Assembly: GCA_951406725.2 (NCBI GenBank) | Contig: OX597823.1 | Coordinates: 71,982,001-72,046,000 of the forward strand | Direction of reading: 5' to 3' | DNA from: Octopus vulgaris | Taxonomy: Eukaryota | DNA: 64,000 nucleotides | Shown here: one piece after another, positions 41,971-55,437 of the stretch | How the letters are laid out: the number at the start of each line of letters is the position of its first letter | Position numbering within the stretch: position 1 is the first letter of the stretch | Made by a program: the position numbers and the translations under genes | Notes under the pieces: model-generated | What the model was told of the DNA's origin: nothing | Databases searched by the model: none | The model's input: the letters and a program-made list of their open reading frames with translations, nothing else

Positions 41971-42159
41971 AAGCCTTGTACTTATTCTATTAGTTTGTTT
42001 TTGTGAAACCAATAAGTTTTTTGGATGTAAATAAATGAACAGCAGTTGTGAAGCAGTGATGAGGGTGAAACACAGACACAAAGACACACACATACACTTC
42101 ATATATACATATATATACGATTGATTTGTTTCAGTTCCTGTCTACGAAATCCATATATA

Positions 42160-43155
42160 TTGTTGTTGGCATCCTTTTTGTCTCGGGAGACAATGGAGTT
42201 GCGCATAAAATAATCTAGTCCGGCTTTTACATTTCATGTCCTAATACATCTCCTGCTGTGGCTATGTAGTCCTATCCTGGACAAACACTCCCTCTGGCAG
42301 GTGCCGCAAATGTAGCGAAGACTTTGCCTGGCTGGTTGTAATGTCATACTTTCTTGTTGACGTCTTTTCTTGTCTTTCCATTTTTCCTCTCCCTCTATGT
42401 CACTCCTTTGTGTTCCCTCTTTTACGGTACGTCGCCAATCTCCACGGTTGCTGGCAACTGCTTCCCAGTTGGTAATATTAATATTGCAGGCATTCATGTC
42501 CCTTTTGCAAACATTCTTGTATCGTAAGAACGGTCCTCCCACAGACCTAGTACCCCAGCAAGCTCTCCATACGGCTAACATGTCGAAGCCATATCATACG
42601 TCTTTGTGTGAGGAGTGTAAAAATGCTTGGTATTCCTGCTTGCTTGAGGTCATCTTTGTTGGGGTCATGATTCTGCCATTTGATGCGAAGGATTTTCGGG
42701 AGGCGGCGCAGGTGAAATATATTTAGGCGACGTATGGCGTCGTATGACGTCCAAGTCTCACTTCCATACAGTAGATTGCTAAGTACACATGCCTGGTAAA
42801 TCTTCATTTTTGTGGTCTTGGTCAGCTTATTGTTGTCCCATGCCCGTTTGGAGAGTTGGGCCATCACAGCAGCTGCCTTGCCAATGCGTATATTGAGCTC
42901 AGTATCAATGGATAGGTTGTAGGTGACGGTAGAGCCAAGATAGTTAAACTTCTCCACCTCCTGTAGACTGTGGTCTCCAATATGTATGTTTGGGATGGTC
43001 GATGTAGCCTGACCCATGTTGTTGGTCTTCTTGAGGCTGATAAATAGGCCAAAGTTGCCACATGCTTGCTCAAAACAGTTGATGAGCCTTTGTAGGGCTT
43101 CTTCTGTGTGTAATACCAGAGCGGCATCATCAGCAAATAGCATCTCCTTGATCAA
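42160..43155 (-). mobile_element. RTE-clade LINE, 5'-truncated (RT C-terminal half, C-terminal CCHH-like motif, 3' tail)
   Basis: EMLFADDAAL, FGLFISLKKT, FNYLGS, LLYGSETWT, C..C.RECLSRIGLHSHSRRC; short (caa)n tail. Confidence 0.95.
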
Positions 43156-43535
43156 GACGCTTTTTACGTCATCTAAGGAATTGAAATTTTTACCATTAAG
43201 ACTTTTCTGCAGAGACCTGAATAAGTGGAAATCCGAAGGAGCAATATCTGGGGAATAATGAGGGTGGGGGTAACACATCCCAGCCGAGCTGCAGCAATTT
43301 TTGTCTGGTTCCCAAAGCATCAAGTGCCGAAAATGAACTTTCTCATCTTTTATTTTAAAGGGTTACAGAATTAACACAGGTTATAGGAACATAAACCTTC
43401 TTCCACGAAAAGATAGCTTAAACTGTGCTTTGAATGGAGGTGTAGTCAAATCCTATTTTATGGACTCAAACATGTTCTAAAATAAGTCGAAAGATAAGCT
43501 ACTATAAATCGGCACGAACTTTCCGGACAACCCAA
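43155..43535 (-). mobile_element. Mariner deletion derivative, one TIR, 3' end lost at the RTE junction
   Basis: Near-identical to part of 48495-49061; HPHYSPDIAPSDFHLF; TIR ggcacgaactttccggacaacccaa + TA. Confidence 0.92.
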
Positions 43536-43634
43536 TATTTCTATATTTTTATCATGAAACTCTTAACATAAATATGTGTATATTCGTATGGAATAATACC
43601 TCATGTGCTACATCTGAATTTGAAACGTTTATAT

Positions 43635-43800
43635 TACGTTCTGAGTTCAAATTCCGCCGAGGTCGACTTTGCCTTTCATCCTTTCGGGGTCGATAAATTA
43701 AGTACCAGTTACGCACTGGGGTCGATGTAATCGACTTAATCCGTTGGTCTGTCCTTGTTTGTCCCATCTATGTTTAGCCCCTTGTGGGCAGTAAATAAAT
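43635..43800 (+). mobile_element. Family A SINE, 5'-truncated
   Basis: acgttctgagttcaaattccgccgaggtcgactttgcctttcatcc...tttagccccttgtggg. Confidence 0.9.
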
Positions 43801-43994
43801 ATATATTAATTTAGCATTAGAATTCTTCAAGTTGTATAAAAATTGTTTGCATCATTCGAAAGAGAAATAAACTTTGCATAAGGTGTAAACGATATAAATA
43901 ATTCGGTAATTGTATCTTGTCCTCCCTCTTGTATAGAAGTGTGGCTACAATCCAGCCTACCTCTACTTCTGGGGTGGGGGGCATTTTAAATTTT

Positions 43995-44873
43995 TATCCG
44001 GGACGTCCTACGTCCCAAATATAAAGGTAAAAATAAAATATTTCCACTTTGCAAGTTCGAGTCGAGTACTCTCTTGCACGCTCCGTTGACTCGAACCTTG
44101 CTCCTATTCTGGCGAATTTACCGCCTCTGATTAGATATCTTTCATAGTCGCACCAAGACACTTTTCGAAGGTGCTTTCCTCCATGTGTTCATATCTTCTT
44201 TTTTCTCTACATTGTATACTTTATAGACAATAGTCTTTTCTTTAATTTAATTTTTTATCATCTATCTGGACTATTCTATTTCTGCACGATAATTTTATTT
44301 TTAATTTATTCCCATTCATGTGAAACCACCTGTTCAAGTCATTGATGCAATTTTATGCCAATTGCTATTTTTACTTTTGTTATATTACGATTACATTATA
44401 CTTTAGTTTGATTTTAATTATTACTTACAACATATAATTCAATTGTTATTATTATTTTTGTTAAAGTGAAAGTGTCTGACATAAAATAGAGAAATATTTT
44501 TGTTTCAATTTTAACACGTAATACTGAAATAGTGGAGAAGATATGATATTGCTATGGGCTCGCTCTAGGCAAGAAGTTGAACATTGTTTTTGCCCATGGA
44601 ACTACATGGACTCTAAGTAAGGCATGTGTAAAATTTGAATGAAATTAGTTGTGTAGTTCTCAAGTTTTAGGGAATCGTAGTGGAAAATATATGATACTGC
44701 TGTGGGCTCGCGCTAGGCAAAAAGTTAAAAATGTTTTTTGCCGATGACACTCCCCGGACCCTAAGTAAGGCATGTGTAAAATTTGAATGAAATTGGTTAT
44801 GTAGTTCTCAAGTTTTAGGGAAACACACAGACAGACAGACACACACACATTCTCAGTTTTATATATATAAAGA
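43995..44873 (-). mobile_element. Non-autonomous Helitron-like element with two ~148-bp internal tandem units
   Basis: Minus 5' end A|TCTTTATATATATAAAA + (gtct)n; tandem units about 44529-44674 and 44675-44822; distal hairpin gggacg-tccta-cgtccc (CTAG not seen). Confidence 0.65.
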
Positions 44874-46318
44874 TAATGCTGATTCTGTATTTGCTTGTGT
44901 CTTAGTATGTAAATATGTTGGATTATAGACATCATGATATACAATCAAAATAGAATCCTATGTGACGGAATCAAGTTCCCAGCACTGAATAATGAAGTGT
45001 TTACTTTCGTCTCCCACCTTTCTCTCTCTCTCCTTTTCCTGTCTCTTTCTCTGCCTGCCTGTCTGTCTGTGTTTTTCTCTCTCCCTGTATAGATTGTTCA
45101 TATTAACAAGTTTCATTAAATATTATGAGTCACTTTGGTTCGTAGGATCATCAGTTTGTGTTAGTGTTTTTGTACAAATGTACGTACGATGTAACAAAAT
45201 AGAATTTCAGTTTTCAGTGGTGAGCATGCGAAACACATACCAACAAAAATAGAACAAATAAATATTATATCTATTAGTAGCCAATATACACACATGCCAT
45301 TAAAAACTTGATTTCTTATCTGCCTCTCGAAATTAGACGATGCATCAATAATATTTGTCTAATGAAAATCTTGCTACTTATACACACAATCCAATGTACA
45401 GTTAGAATGTGTATGAATAGTCGCATCAAATACATCTGGATACGTGCATTTGACCGTTATGATTTTATATACATTGTCATTCATGTATACATGTGTTGGA
45501 GCAGCTAAGAGAATGAAAAAGAAAAATGCATTTTTTTTCAATAAGTTAACAATTATCTGCACGTATATTTCTTTTTAACCGCAGTATTACATTCCGCCCC
45601 ATATAAACTGCTCATTTCAAACAGAAATTTTCTTTTCTATCGAAGTACATTATCGCTAATTTATTGCCAATCAATATCGACCATATTGATTTCTTGATCT
45701 CTTCCGACTACACAGGTCCCTAGATTTCTTTTATTCTCTTTTTATTCAAATCAGAAAATATGTTTACACTGATCTTAAGGAAAACTGAAATCTTTTTCTC
45801 TAATTTAATCTCGTTTACAAGAATTCTCATTTCATCTGTACAAATACTAAACACACGCAATCTGTATACTATAATTAAGATCTGCATTATATAGCTACAT
45901 TTTTTAATGCATTGAAATGATGAGGCTCCTTAGACAAGTACAATGTAAATACCCTCAAATAAACATGATTAAAATATAAAAAAAGGGGAGAAAATGAAAA
46001 TATGGAACGATGACTAGAAGAAATCTCTACATTTTGGCTGGAAAAGTAAAATCTCAATTTAGAATGAGTTTTTAAAGCAGCCTTGTCTCGCTTAATCATA
46101 AAGGAAAGAATCCTAAAAAAACAAAAACAATACAATAAGTGGACACCATAACGGTGGCCCAATACACTAAATATCGAATTATATAAGAATATTTCTTTCT
46201 GTGTGATACATACATACATACATACCTGTCTGTCTGTGCATGCATATATATATATATACATGCATACATATATATATACATGCATATATATATATACATG
46301 CATACATATATATACATG

Positions 46319-46359
<41 letters not shown>

Positions 46360-46965
46360 GCATATATATACATGCATACATATATATATATATATAAATA
46401 TATACATATATACATATATATAATACTTGTGAATAACATTTAAACATTTGAAGTAGGAGGAAAGGACACTAAGGAAAGAGAACGACGCGGGGAAGGAGAG
46501 AAAAAATCCCATGCACATGAGTACTTATACAAGCAAGCTAATGCAAGCATATATATGTGTGTATATATGAAATTACGTCAGTTGTATTTATGACGTAACA
46601 ACAGTCTTTCCGTCTTTCCAATTCAGTTTTTTTGGTGTTTTCGCAATTTACGCTGCAAAGGAAATTTATTTCAGTCAATCACCCACACTCAATAAACCAA
46701 CTAGTATACATGCACAAATGCACACACAGACACATATAGATGCGCACACAAACACACATCTACGCATTCATTCATTCATATCCAGACACTTACGTACATA
46801 GTCAAATATTTATGCACACACAAACCGATGACTAAAAACATCGACATTAAAAGACGCATAAGATTTGATGCTGTTGAATTTGTCCCACTTTATATGAATT
46901 ATCTTGTAACCCATTCTGCACGAACTCTGAATTATTCTATAAGGAGTGGAGTCGTTCTCTCTCAG

Positions 46966-47035
<70 letters not shown>

Positions 47036-47169
47036 AATTCGAAAGTTCCTTCTATGGTTTTCTTCGCCTCATGATGCTCGACTAACGTTTTCATGTTCAT
47101 AAATTCTGATGATCAATTTTATTTTTTCGTTTTGCGCTTTGATTTTCCCATACATTTCAGGGAATTCAG

Positions 47170-47960
47170 GAAACAGCCGACAGATTAGCCGCAGCAGCTC
47201 GTGCATTTAGACTGACTATCAGCATCAAGAAGACTGGAATTTTATCACAGCCAAAACCTGAGGCAGAAAAGACTCAAGATTGAAATGTGATGATTGTCAG
47301 AAGAGGCACTCAAATGGGTCAGGTCATTTAAATATCTTGTAAGTATAGTAAACTTTAAGAGTACTCTTGATGATGAAGCCAATGTTAGAATGTCTAAGTC
47401 CGCAAACGCTTTTGAAAAACATAACCCTCGTTTGTGAGATAAACACGATGTCAGTCTAAAAACTAAAATAAGTACACAAATTTCGTATTTTGAACATACT
47501 TTTGTATGGGACAGAAGTATGAACTCCTTACTATTGATATATAAAGAAACTTGAAACTTTTTACAGTTGCTGTCTGTGCAATATTTGTAATATAAAATGA
47601 CAAGATAAGATATCAAATGTCAAAATCTTAGAAAAATGTGATATCTCCAGTATAAAGAGCATGCTGCTGAGGATTCAGTGCCAATGGGTAAGACATGTTA
47701 TTCGAATGAAAGATGACCCCATTCAGAAAATTCTTTTGTATGGCCAAGTGACATCGTGGTAAAGGAAAACCCGTCCTTAGACAGAAGGATAAAATGAAGC
47801 AATCGCCAAAGTCTTTACATTTTAATTTGACATCTTGGGAGAGTCATTACCTAGATCGATCAGCATGCCGTAAAATGTGGCATGGTACATCTAAACAATT
47901 TGAGTTGAAGAAACACAACAATAAAAGGATCAACAGACGCATTTGTGCAATCTCAGACAA
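47170..47960 (+). mobile_element. Old decayed RTE LINE fragment
   Basis: LTISIKKTGILSQP, FKYL, LDDEANVRMSKSANAF, RHVIRMKDD..KILLYGQ; many disruptions. Confidence 0.8.
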
Positions 47961-48494
47961 AATCAAAATCCTCAATGTCCCCAGTTTGACTTCATGGCAA
48001 AATTCATTTTTGGACTAAAATTACATTCGCAAATAGATGCAATCCATCGCAAATAGATGCAGCAGCTTTTTTTGGGTTTTATTTTAAAAGTTGTTTTTTC
48101 TCTGTCCCACCTTTTCCCCATCTCCTTCAAATACGTGGAAATGGACGACAGTGACATCATATATGTACAAATAGACACACACACACACACATGTAGGACG
48201 CCATGTGTCATCAATATATATGTATTTGAATTTACACTTTACTGTTAATGATTCTACCACAAATATCCCACTGTATTCTAATATTACCTTTCATATACAA
48301 CTTACTGAAAGGTTTCTTGTATACAACTTTAATCTACTTCCTTATTATATTTGCATGAATTTCTTGATTTATGCAGATAAAAAAAACCAGATATAATTTG
48401 AAACAAAAGATTGAAAGTGCAAATGGCCAAGATCTGTTGGTGCCTATTCAGATCCATACGAGAAATAGTGTTCCACTGAACATTTTGCAATGTA

Positions 48495-49061
48495 TTGGGT
48501 TGTCCGGAAAGTTCGTGCCGAATTTTAAAGGAAAGAAACAGGTCACTAAATACTTGCCATTACATTTTTAATCAACCAAATATGAACCATTTTGTTGCAC
48601 AATGCATCTCCATCTTTCCTTTAACTTGGAAATATCCTCTTCCCAGAATTGAGGTGGTTTCATGGCAAAGAATTCATCAAGGCATCTTTTTACGTCATCC
48701 AATGAATTGACATTTTTACCATTAAGACTATTCTGCAGAGACCTGAATAAGTGGAAATCTGAAGGAGCAATATCTGGTGAATAGGGAGGGTGGGGGTAAC
48801 ACATCCCAGCCGAACTGCAGCAATTTTTGTCTGGTTCCCAAAGCAGCAAGTGCTGAAAATGGACTTTCTTATCTTCCATTTTAAAAGGTTACAGAATTAA
48901 CACAGGTTATAGGAACATAAACCTTCTTCCATGAAAAGATAGCTTAAACCGTGCTCTATATGGAGGTGTAGCCAAATCCTTTTTTATGGACTGAACCATT
49001 TGCTAAAATAAGTCGAAAGTTTAGCTACTATAAATCAGTACGAACTTTCCGGACAACCCAA
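48495..49061 (-). mobile_element. Mariner internal-deletion derivative (MITE-like), both TIRs and TA duplication
   Basis: TA-ttgggttgtccggaaagttcgt ... acgaactttccggacaacccaa-TA; HPPYSPDIAPSDFHLF and KLKERW..QNGSY. Confidence 0.95.
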
Positions 49062-49608
49062 TATAACATATATCATGTCTATTTGCAATATATATCATGT
49101 ATACTTGTACCTTTTGTACGGAACATGTCAAATATGTTACAAATAGGCTGCTTTTTGCATAAAGTAAACCTACAATCCCCTGAAAATCTTTAGAAAATAT
49201 ATGTAACTTGTTTGCAGCAGCAATCAGCCACTTGTAAATGAGCATATATTTTGGTAGTTTTGAATACATTTACACATACAGTGTTTGCGAAACTGGGTAA
49301 AGCGTTTACTGTAGAAAGTAACTCAACATAGAATATCGAGTGAATCATTGACTGCAAAACCGTGTACTTATTAAGAGTAATGAAACCTGTGTAAGATTTA
49401 GGGAGTGGTGAATATAGTTTTATTGTTTGCCTGTTATTTATTTTGGTATTTATATTTACATGCTCATATTTTCATTAGCAACTTTCGTCATATACATTTT
49501 ACAACTATAACTTCGTCATAAATGACGGGTTGAGAACTCTGGTTTGTGTGCGTGTGTGTATGTATGTGTGTGTGTATGCGTGCGTGTATATATGTTTACA
49601 TATATGTA

Positions 49609-49639
<31 letters not shown>

Positions 49640-49667
49640 GTACAAGTGTGTATTTTTGTATATATTT

Positions 49668-49704
<37 letters not shown>

Positions 49705-49863
49705 ATATATATGTATATATAATATATATATACATATATAAGTGTGTATTTTTTGTATATATTTTGTGTATATATATGTATATATATATGTGTGTACATA
49801 CACACATATACATATATATATATATATACACACATACATATATATACATATATATTTGCGCAT

Positions 49864-49894
<31 letters not shown>

Positions 49895-50881
49895 CTATAT
49901 AATATATATTATGAGTTAGGTCACAAGAATACTTGTAATAAGCCTACATTCATCCCAGTTACATTTCACTCCAGGATCTCTCTCTAGGGAAGGTGAATGA
50001 GAGTGTATTAAAAGCTGGAATGTGAAATATTCTATATTTATTGACACATACGCTGCCTCGGTGCTTTAATTACTGAATGCACATTGCTAAATAATGTGCT
50101 ACTAGGCAGATTTTCATAATCGGCATCTGTGATTCATTACATTTTCATAAGTAGTTCTAACCTGCTTCTAACATTTGAGAACAACCCCGAATGGACATTC
50201 GAAACTAGTCGGATTGTTTTTAATTTTTCTGAATAAAAGCAAAATCTTCGGTTTGACCCCAGTATTTAATTAGACAGCTAGACTGATGTGTATGTATTAA
50301 ACACGTGCAGTTTGGTTCATTTCTTGTGAGAGAGGTGATATCAATGCAGTAATTAATGAATCAACCAATATTTCAGGGAGCGGCCTGGTGAGATTAAGAA
50401 AATGTAGCCTCAGTAGGGACTCCAATATGGCTAGTGTAGTTGGGGGTACTTCTTGGGGGTTCATAGCCATCCTCTTATACTGGTAAATTTTACTGAATGA
50501 TGAAAATCAACTGAATGTGAAGCAAAATGCAAGGAACCAAAAAAACAATACTTTTGTTTGGTTGTCGAACGGTGCCTGATCCAAGGGGTTGTTGGGCATG
50601 GCAGCATATACTGGTCTTACGTCTACATGGGTGTCCGGAGCGGAACGAAAATTGCGGAGGATGGTTACACTTTGACCTTTGCCATTTGTGTCTATTGATA
50701 TGAGTTAATTATCAAGAGAAAAATAATACTTTTAGCAGTGTCCGACATTGTAAATCACAAAAGTCTGGCATTTTATAACGACACTTAAACAACAAAAACT
50801 CATGGTATATTATATTTAAGTAAGCAATAACCATGACAGGCAAATGTGCTGTACTTATGAGTGTGCTCTCTATATACATAC

Positions 50882-50914
50882 CGGCGGTCGCGGAGGTCGC
50901 ACCCGAGGTGGCAG
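50882..50914 (-). CDS. Putative 33-nt microexon LPPRVRPPRPP
   Basis: An isolated GC-rich 33-mer bounded exactly by gtctattttctatatttcag and |gtatgt. Confidence 0.7.
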
Positions 50915-52849
50915 CTGAAATATAGAAAATAGACAAGTTATTTATTATTGAAATCAAGATTACTGATTTGAGTGATTACATTTAGAGACATGAGGACTGA
51001 CATCTATAGTAAATGAGGAATTACCATAATTTTGTTGATATTGGTTTATTGTATTGACAGAAAAGACCACGAAAAGGAATCGTACGGAGTGCATGTTTTA
51101 AGACATTGTCACTCTTTGAATGAAGGAGCTTGCATTGCAGGTTTGAATTCAGTTCCTAATGTTACTGTTAAGAAAAGTCGAGCAAGATCCTACCTTGAAT
51201 CACGATATACCTATTTCTTTACTACCCGCATAGGGCTAAACACAGAGGGGACAAACAAGGGCAAACAAACGGATTACGTGTCAACTGCATGTAAAAGGAA
51301 AATTGTCCAAGAGAATTCACGACATAAACTCTTGTTGACTACTAAACAAATTTGAGCTACAAAACAAGTTTTCATTACATAAGAGACAGAAGAAAAATTT
51401 GACCATAATCTATTATTGATGTAGACCACTGCAACTGTCTAAGAAGTCTGACATAAATTTTTACAATTTGAAATATGAACCCTTGCAGATTCGCAAAATC
51501 GACTAAAGAACGTTTTGGTGTTAAAGGTGACAATATTCACATGATTTAGATGGAAACTTGAAAAAATCTCTATATCTTGCTCTATGGAAGTCACTTAAAA
51601 GGAAAATGTCCCAATGTCATAATGTTTGGTGGATATATATGAAAAATAGTGTCTCGCTTCTGGGTTGCAAAATCTTGCTATGTGTTTCTGGTGGATGGAG
51701 TAAATATCTCTAAAGAAAGGTGTAAGAGAAATCTCGAAAACTGAAAACAGCTTAAGAGTAAAATATCTAACAGCGACAGCTCGGGCAGTGTCAGAAGAGA
51801 AAACTTTGTTGGTCTTAATGTATGTTTGGTAACATTGAGAAACCGACTGTGAAATCCTTGATCTTACTGAAAGTCGTTTCGGTAATATTTCTTACTGTGT
51901 GAAAATGTATGTTAGTTGTCTTTGTGCAGCCCAAGGTCAGAGGTGATTGGACAAACGTGTAGACATTAGCTAAATGAATAACACGCAAAGCTGTTAATTC
52001 ACTTTGAAAGTATAGTTCATGAGGTGCCAAATCTTTAATCGTACAGGTATAGCCAGTGTCATTGCACAAAGTGAATTTAAAGTGACTTTAACAGGTTTGT
52101 AGGTTATTAGATGGTTTGATGGTTCTTTTACAATGTAGATGCTTCAGTTTCCACACATGATCAAGTCTCTTGCTAGACAATTACAACTCTAAAAGAAGAA
52201 AGAAATTATAAAAAATCGTAGATTCAAATGGAAACCATCCAATAATTCCGGAAGTTATTTACAAGAAAATGTATAATAATTTTCGTGTCAAGGATATCCT
52301 TCAAGACGAAAAAACACCTGATAACATGTGGCATTAAAACTGACACAGAAATAAAAATCCGTGAGTTAGAAATAGAACATTAAAAAAATAGAAGTAAATA
52401 AGGTGGATAATATGAAACTTGATCAATATTTCATATCGAATATATAATCTCTAACGCTAGCAGTATAGATGTGACACTAAGTGAAGACAGCGTTTGAAAA
52501 TTATTGATTTCCTACATTGGGTCTTGGCCAAACACTTTAAGGGAAAAGTTATATTCGATTGATTCTATGTCGCATATGCCTGATACGAAGAGTTATGAAG
52601 TGAAATAATTGGTTGCCCAGGCAAAATTTGAACTCAGAATGTAGAAACTAAATAGAGTACGTGTTAAGTCTGGTGCTCTAACGTTTCTACCATGCTATCA
52701 ATTTGATTAGGAAATGCGACATACTAATACTGATGTTTAGACAATAAGGGCAACATGTGTGTGTTAGTAAGTCACTGCGACAGAAGAGAGGGAGACGATA
52801 CCATAAATTGAGATGACACTGGTCACATACAATTACAGGAACTTCCTGT

Positions 52850-53117
52850 AATTTGAACTCAGAACGTAGCGGCAGACGAAAAACCTATTTCTTTACTATC
52901 CACAAGGGGCTAAACACAGAGTGAACGATCAGGGACAGACAAACGGATTAAGTCGATTAGATCGTCCCCAGTGCATAACTGGTACTTATTTAATCGACCT
53001 CGAAAGGATGAAAGGCAAAGTCGACCTCGGTGGAATTTGAACTCAAAACGTAACGGCAGACGAAATGCGGCTACGCATTTCGCCCGGCGTGCTAACGTTC
53101 CTGCCAGCTCGCCGCCT
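52850..53117 (-). mobile_element. Family A SINE plus a short tandem remnant
   Basis: Full copy about 52886-53117, preceded by aatttgaactcagaacgtagcggcagacgaaa. Confidence 0.9.
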
Positions 53118-53780
53118 TAGACTTACCAAAAAATTGGCAAGCATTTCTCATAAGTCAGTGATAATTATTATATTATCTCTATGCCAAATGTGAATGCGGA
53201 ATCCGTCTTCTGAAACTCAGCAGTTACTCCACTTTATGCAAGTTGTTATAGTTAACGCTATGACGGCTTCTGCTGTGTATATTAAACCTCACATACGGAT
53301 TAATGACACATACATTGCTTGTTGCCGATAGGCGCGGTAGAAACAAGCTGAAATGATTTAGTAATCTCATGTATCAAATATTATATCAAGCAATATAACC
53401 TACTTGTATATGTGTGTATATGTCCGTCTTTGTGCAGGTGCTAGTGTTGTGGATGGGGATTATTTCTCTAAGGCATATTAGTTCGCAAACAACTACAACC
53501 AGAGAAGGTATCATAACAAATTTGAATGCGACAAAAGGGGGGGGGGACAAGAACAGATGGAGAGGTGCGAAAATAAGATACAGCTTTACAAAAATAAACT
53601 TATTGATAAATGAAGAACAAATCAAATGTTTAAAATGACAAAAAATGCAAGGCGTGTGATATAAATGACAAATAATAAATAATAGCCACCAAATTGTTGT
53701 TTACGACACAGAGTCAGAGCTGAAGACATTAACATGGAAAAGGTAAGCAGAATATCTATTATATAAGCGGAAGCACTTAC

Positions 53781-53807
53781 CGGGGGTGTTCCTTTCCCTC
53801 TGCGTGG
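53781..53807 (-). CDS. Putative 27-nt microexon PRRGKGTPP
   Basis: ttttatattttttgcag|...ccg|gtaagt; paralogous to 55222-55248. Confidence 0.7.
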
Positions 53808-53919
53808 CTGCAAAAAATATAAAACATAGTTATATGGTTATACCTACTGCACACACAAACACACACACACACACATACATACATACGTACATACATACAT
53901 ACATACTACACACACACAA

Positions 53920-53981
<62 letters not shown>

Positions 53982-54131
53982 ATATATATAATTAGCATTA
54001 AAATTATAATTTAGGGTATCCAAGAGATACCTACACGCTGGAAATAGCAGCCAAAACTTTACTCTAAAACCACATTAAATGTTCATACAGCACTAGCAAG
54101 TCAAGATAAACTAGCAAAAAATTATTGGATA

Positions 54132-54189
54132 ATTCCAGATCCTGGATTTCTGACTTTGCATAAGAAATGCTTTGCCTCATCAGTGGAAT
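54132..54189 (-). ncRNA. Type I hammerhead ribozyme candidate
   Basis: attcca-CTGATGA-ggc aaa gcat ttctt atgc aaa gtc a-GAAA-tcc a gga-TC-tggaat; all three stems pair. Confidence 0.7.
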
Positions 54190-54518
54190 ATACGCAGATA
54201 GTAACATAAATACACACATATATATATATATATATATAACATACGAATACTTACCTATACGAACGTATACATACATATATATGCACGTATGCACACGATC
54301 ATGCTGGCCACTTGATAAGATCGATAATTAAATTAATATATGCATATATATATAAGAACAGCTGTTTGCAGTGTTTTACCAAAAAGGAGAATTAAAAATG
54401 TCGTTAAATATGACTAGGGTGTTCAATACTTGAAAGAAAGAGAATCCCATAGCTCCTGTTATATTCTCATTTAATCATAACTAATTCATTTGTTTGGGAA
54501 ACACATTACAGTACTTAC

Positions 54519-54548
54519 GGTACACAACAAAATGTGAGACGGATCCGC
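54519..54548 (-). CDS. Putative 30-nt microexon ADPSHILLCT
   Basis: gattacttctacag|...acc|gtaagt; length is a multiple of 3; the pyrimidine tract is short. Confidence 0.4.
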
Positions 54549-55221
54549 CTGTAGAAGTAATCGATTTATCTCCCTTTTGGATATGACACTCGTATTATAC
54601 TTTTTAAAAGTTTTGAACACTCGAAGCCATCTCAATAATGGAAAAGTGTTAATTGCACCATGTTGATTCGCGCCGGATATCGGAATGTCGATATAATGGC
54701 TACTTTTCAGTGCATTGTGAACACTGTAAAGATGTGAGTGGGATAGCCGTGGTCAGCAGGAGGGATACAACAAGTGTTCTGACTGTGTCTGCACGTCGAA
54801 GTTCATCCAACAACTGCAGGACAGGGCCTTAGCGTTATAGGACGCCTATGTAACGCTGCTCGGAGCTGTGTGTGGTTGTACTTGTGTGTGTTCATTTTTG
54901 TACGGGCGTTGCTGTTGTGCATCAGGATGTGATCATTACAGAAACATCATAAAGTACTATTTTTAATTTCTCTCCCATAAACAAGAATCAAGATCAGATT
55001 GAAAGGTGTGAGAAGAATAGACGGCTTTATAAAAAGACAAAACAAATAAGTGTGATCGAATGTTTGAAATTACTAGAATTGGAAAAAAATGTTACATCAA
55101 TAACATGTAACTGCGATTATGCATGTTGTTTACAAACCAAAAGCAGGATTTAAGTGATTCCAACGTAAAAGAACTTCACAGCAGTTCAGCAGAATATCTA
55201 TTATATAAAAGAAGTACTTAC

Positions 55222-55248
55222 TGGTGGTGTTCCTTTCCCTGTCAGTTG
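55222..55248 (-). CDS. Putative 27-nt microexon QLTGKGTPP
   Basis: tttatattttttacag|...cca|gtaagt; the two Pro codons differ from the paralogue only at third positions. Confidence 0.7.
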
Positions 55249-55437
55249 CTGTAAAAAATATAAATGCAGACATATTAATTATATAGATAAATGTGCACAC
55301 ATACATTTCTACCTTGCTAAGCATAAGTTTAATAATGTAGTATGAAATAAGAATATTTTAGTTATATATAACACACTGGAAAGATATTGTAGATATGCAT
55401 GAAACAAACCCAATTCATAATAATAGATTTGACTCAC

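Noticed and set aside
50340-52400. Complex sequence suggestive of decayed LINE coding DNA around the 33-nt exon
   Set aside because: No motif could be assigned with confidence by eye.
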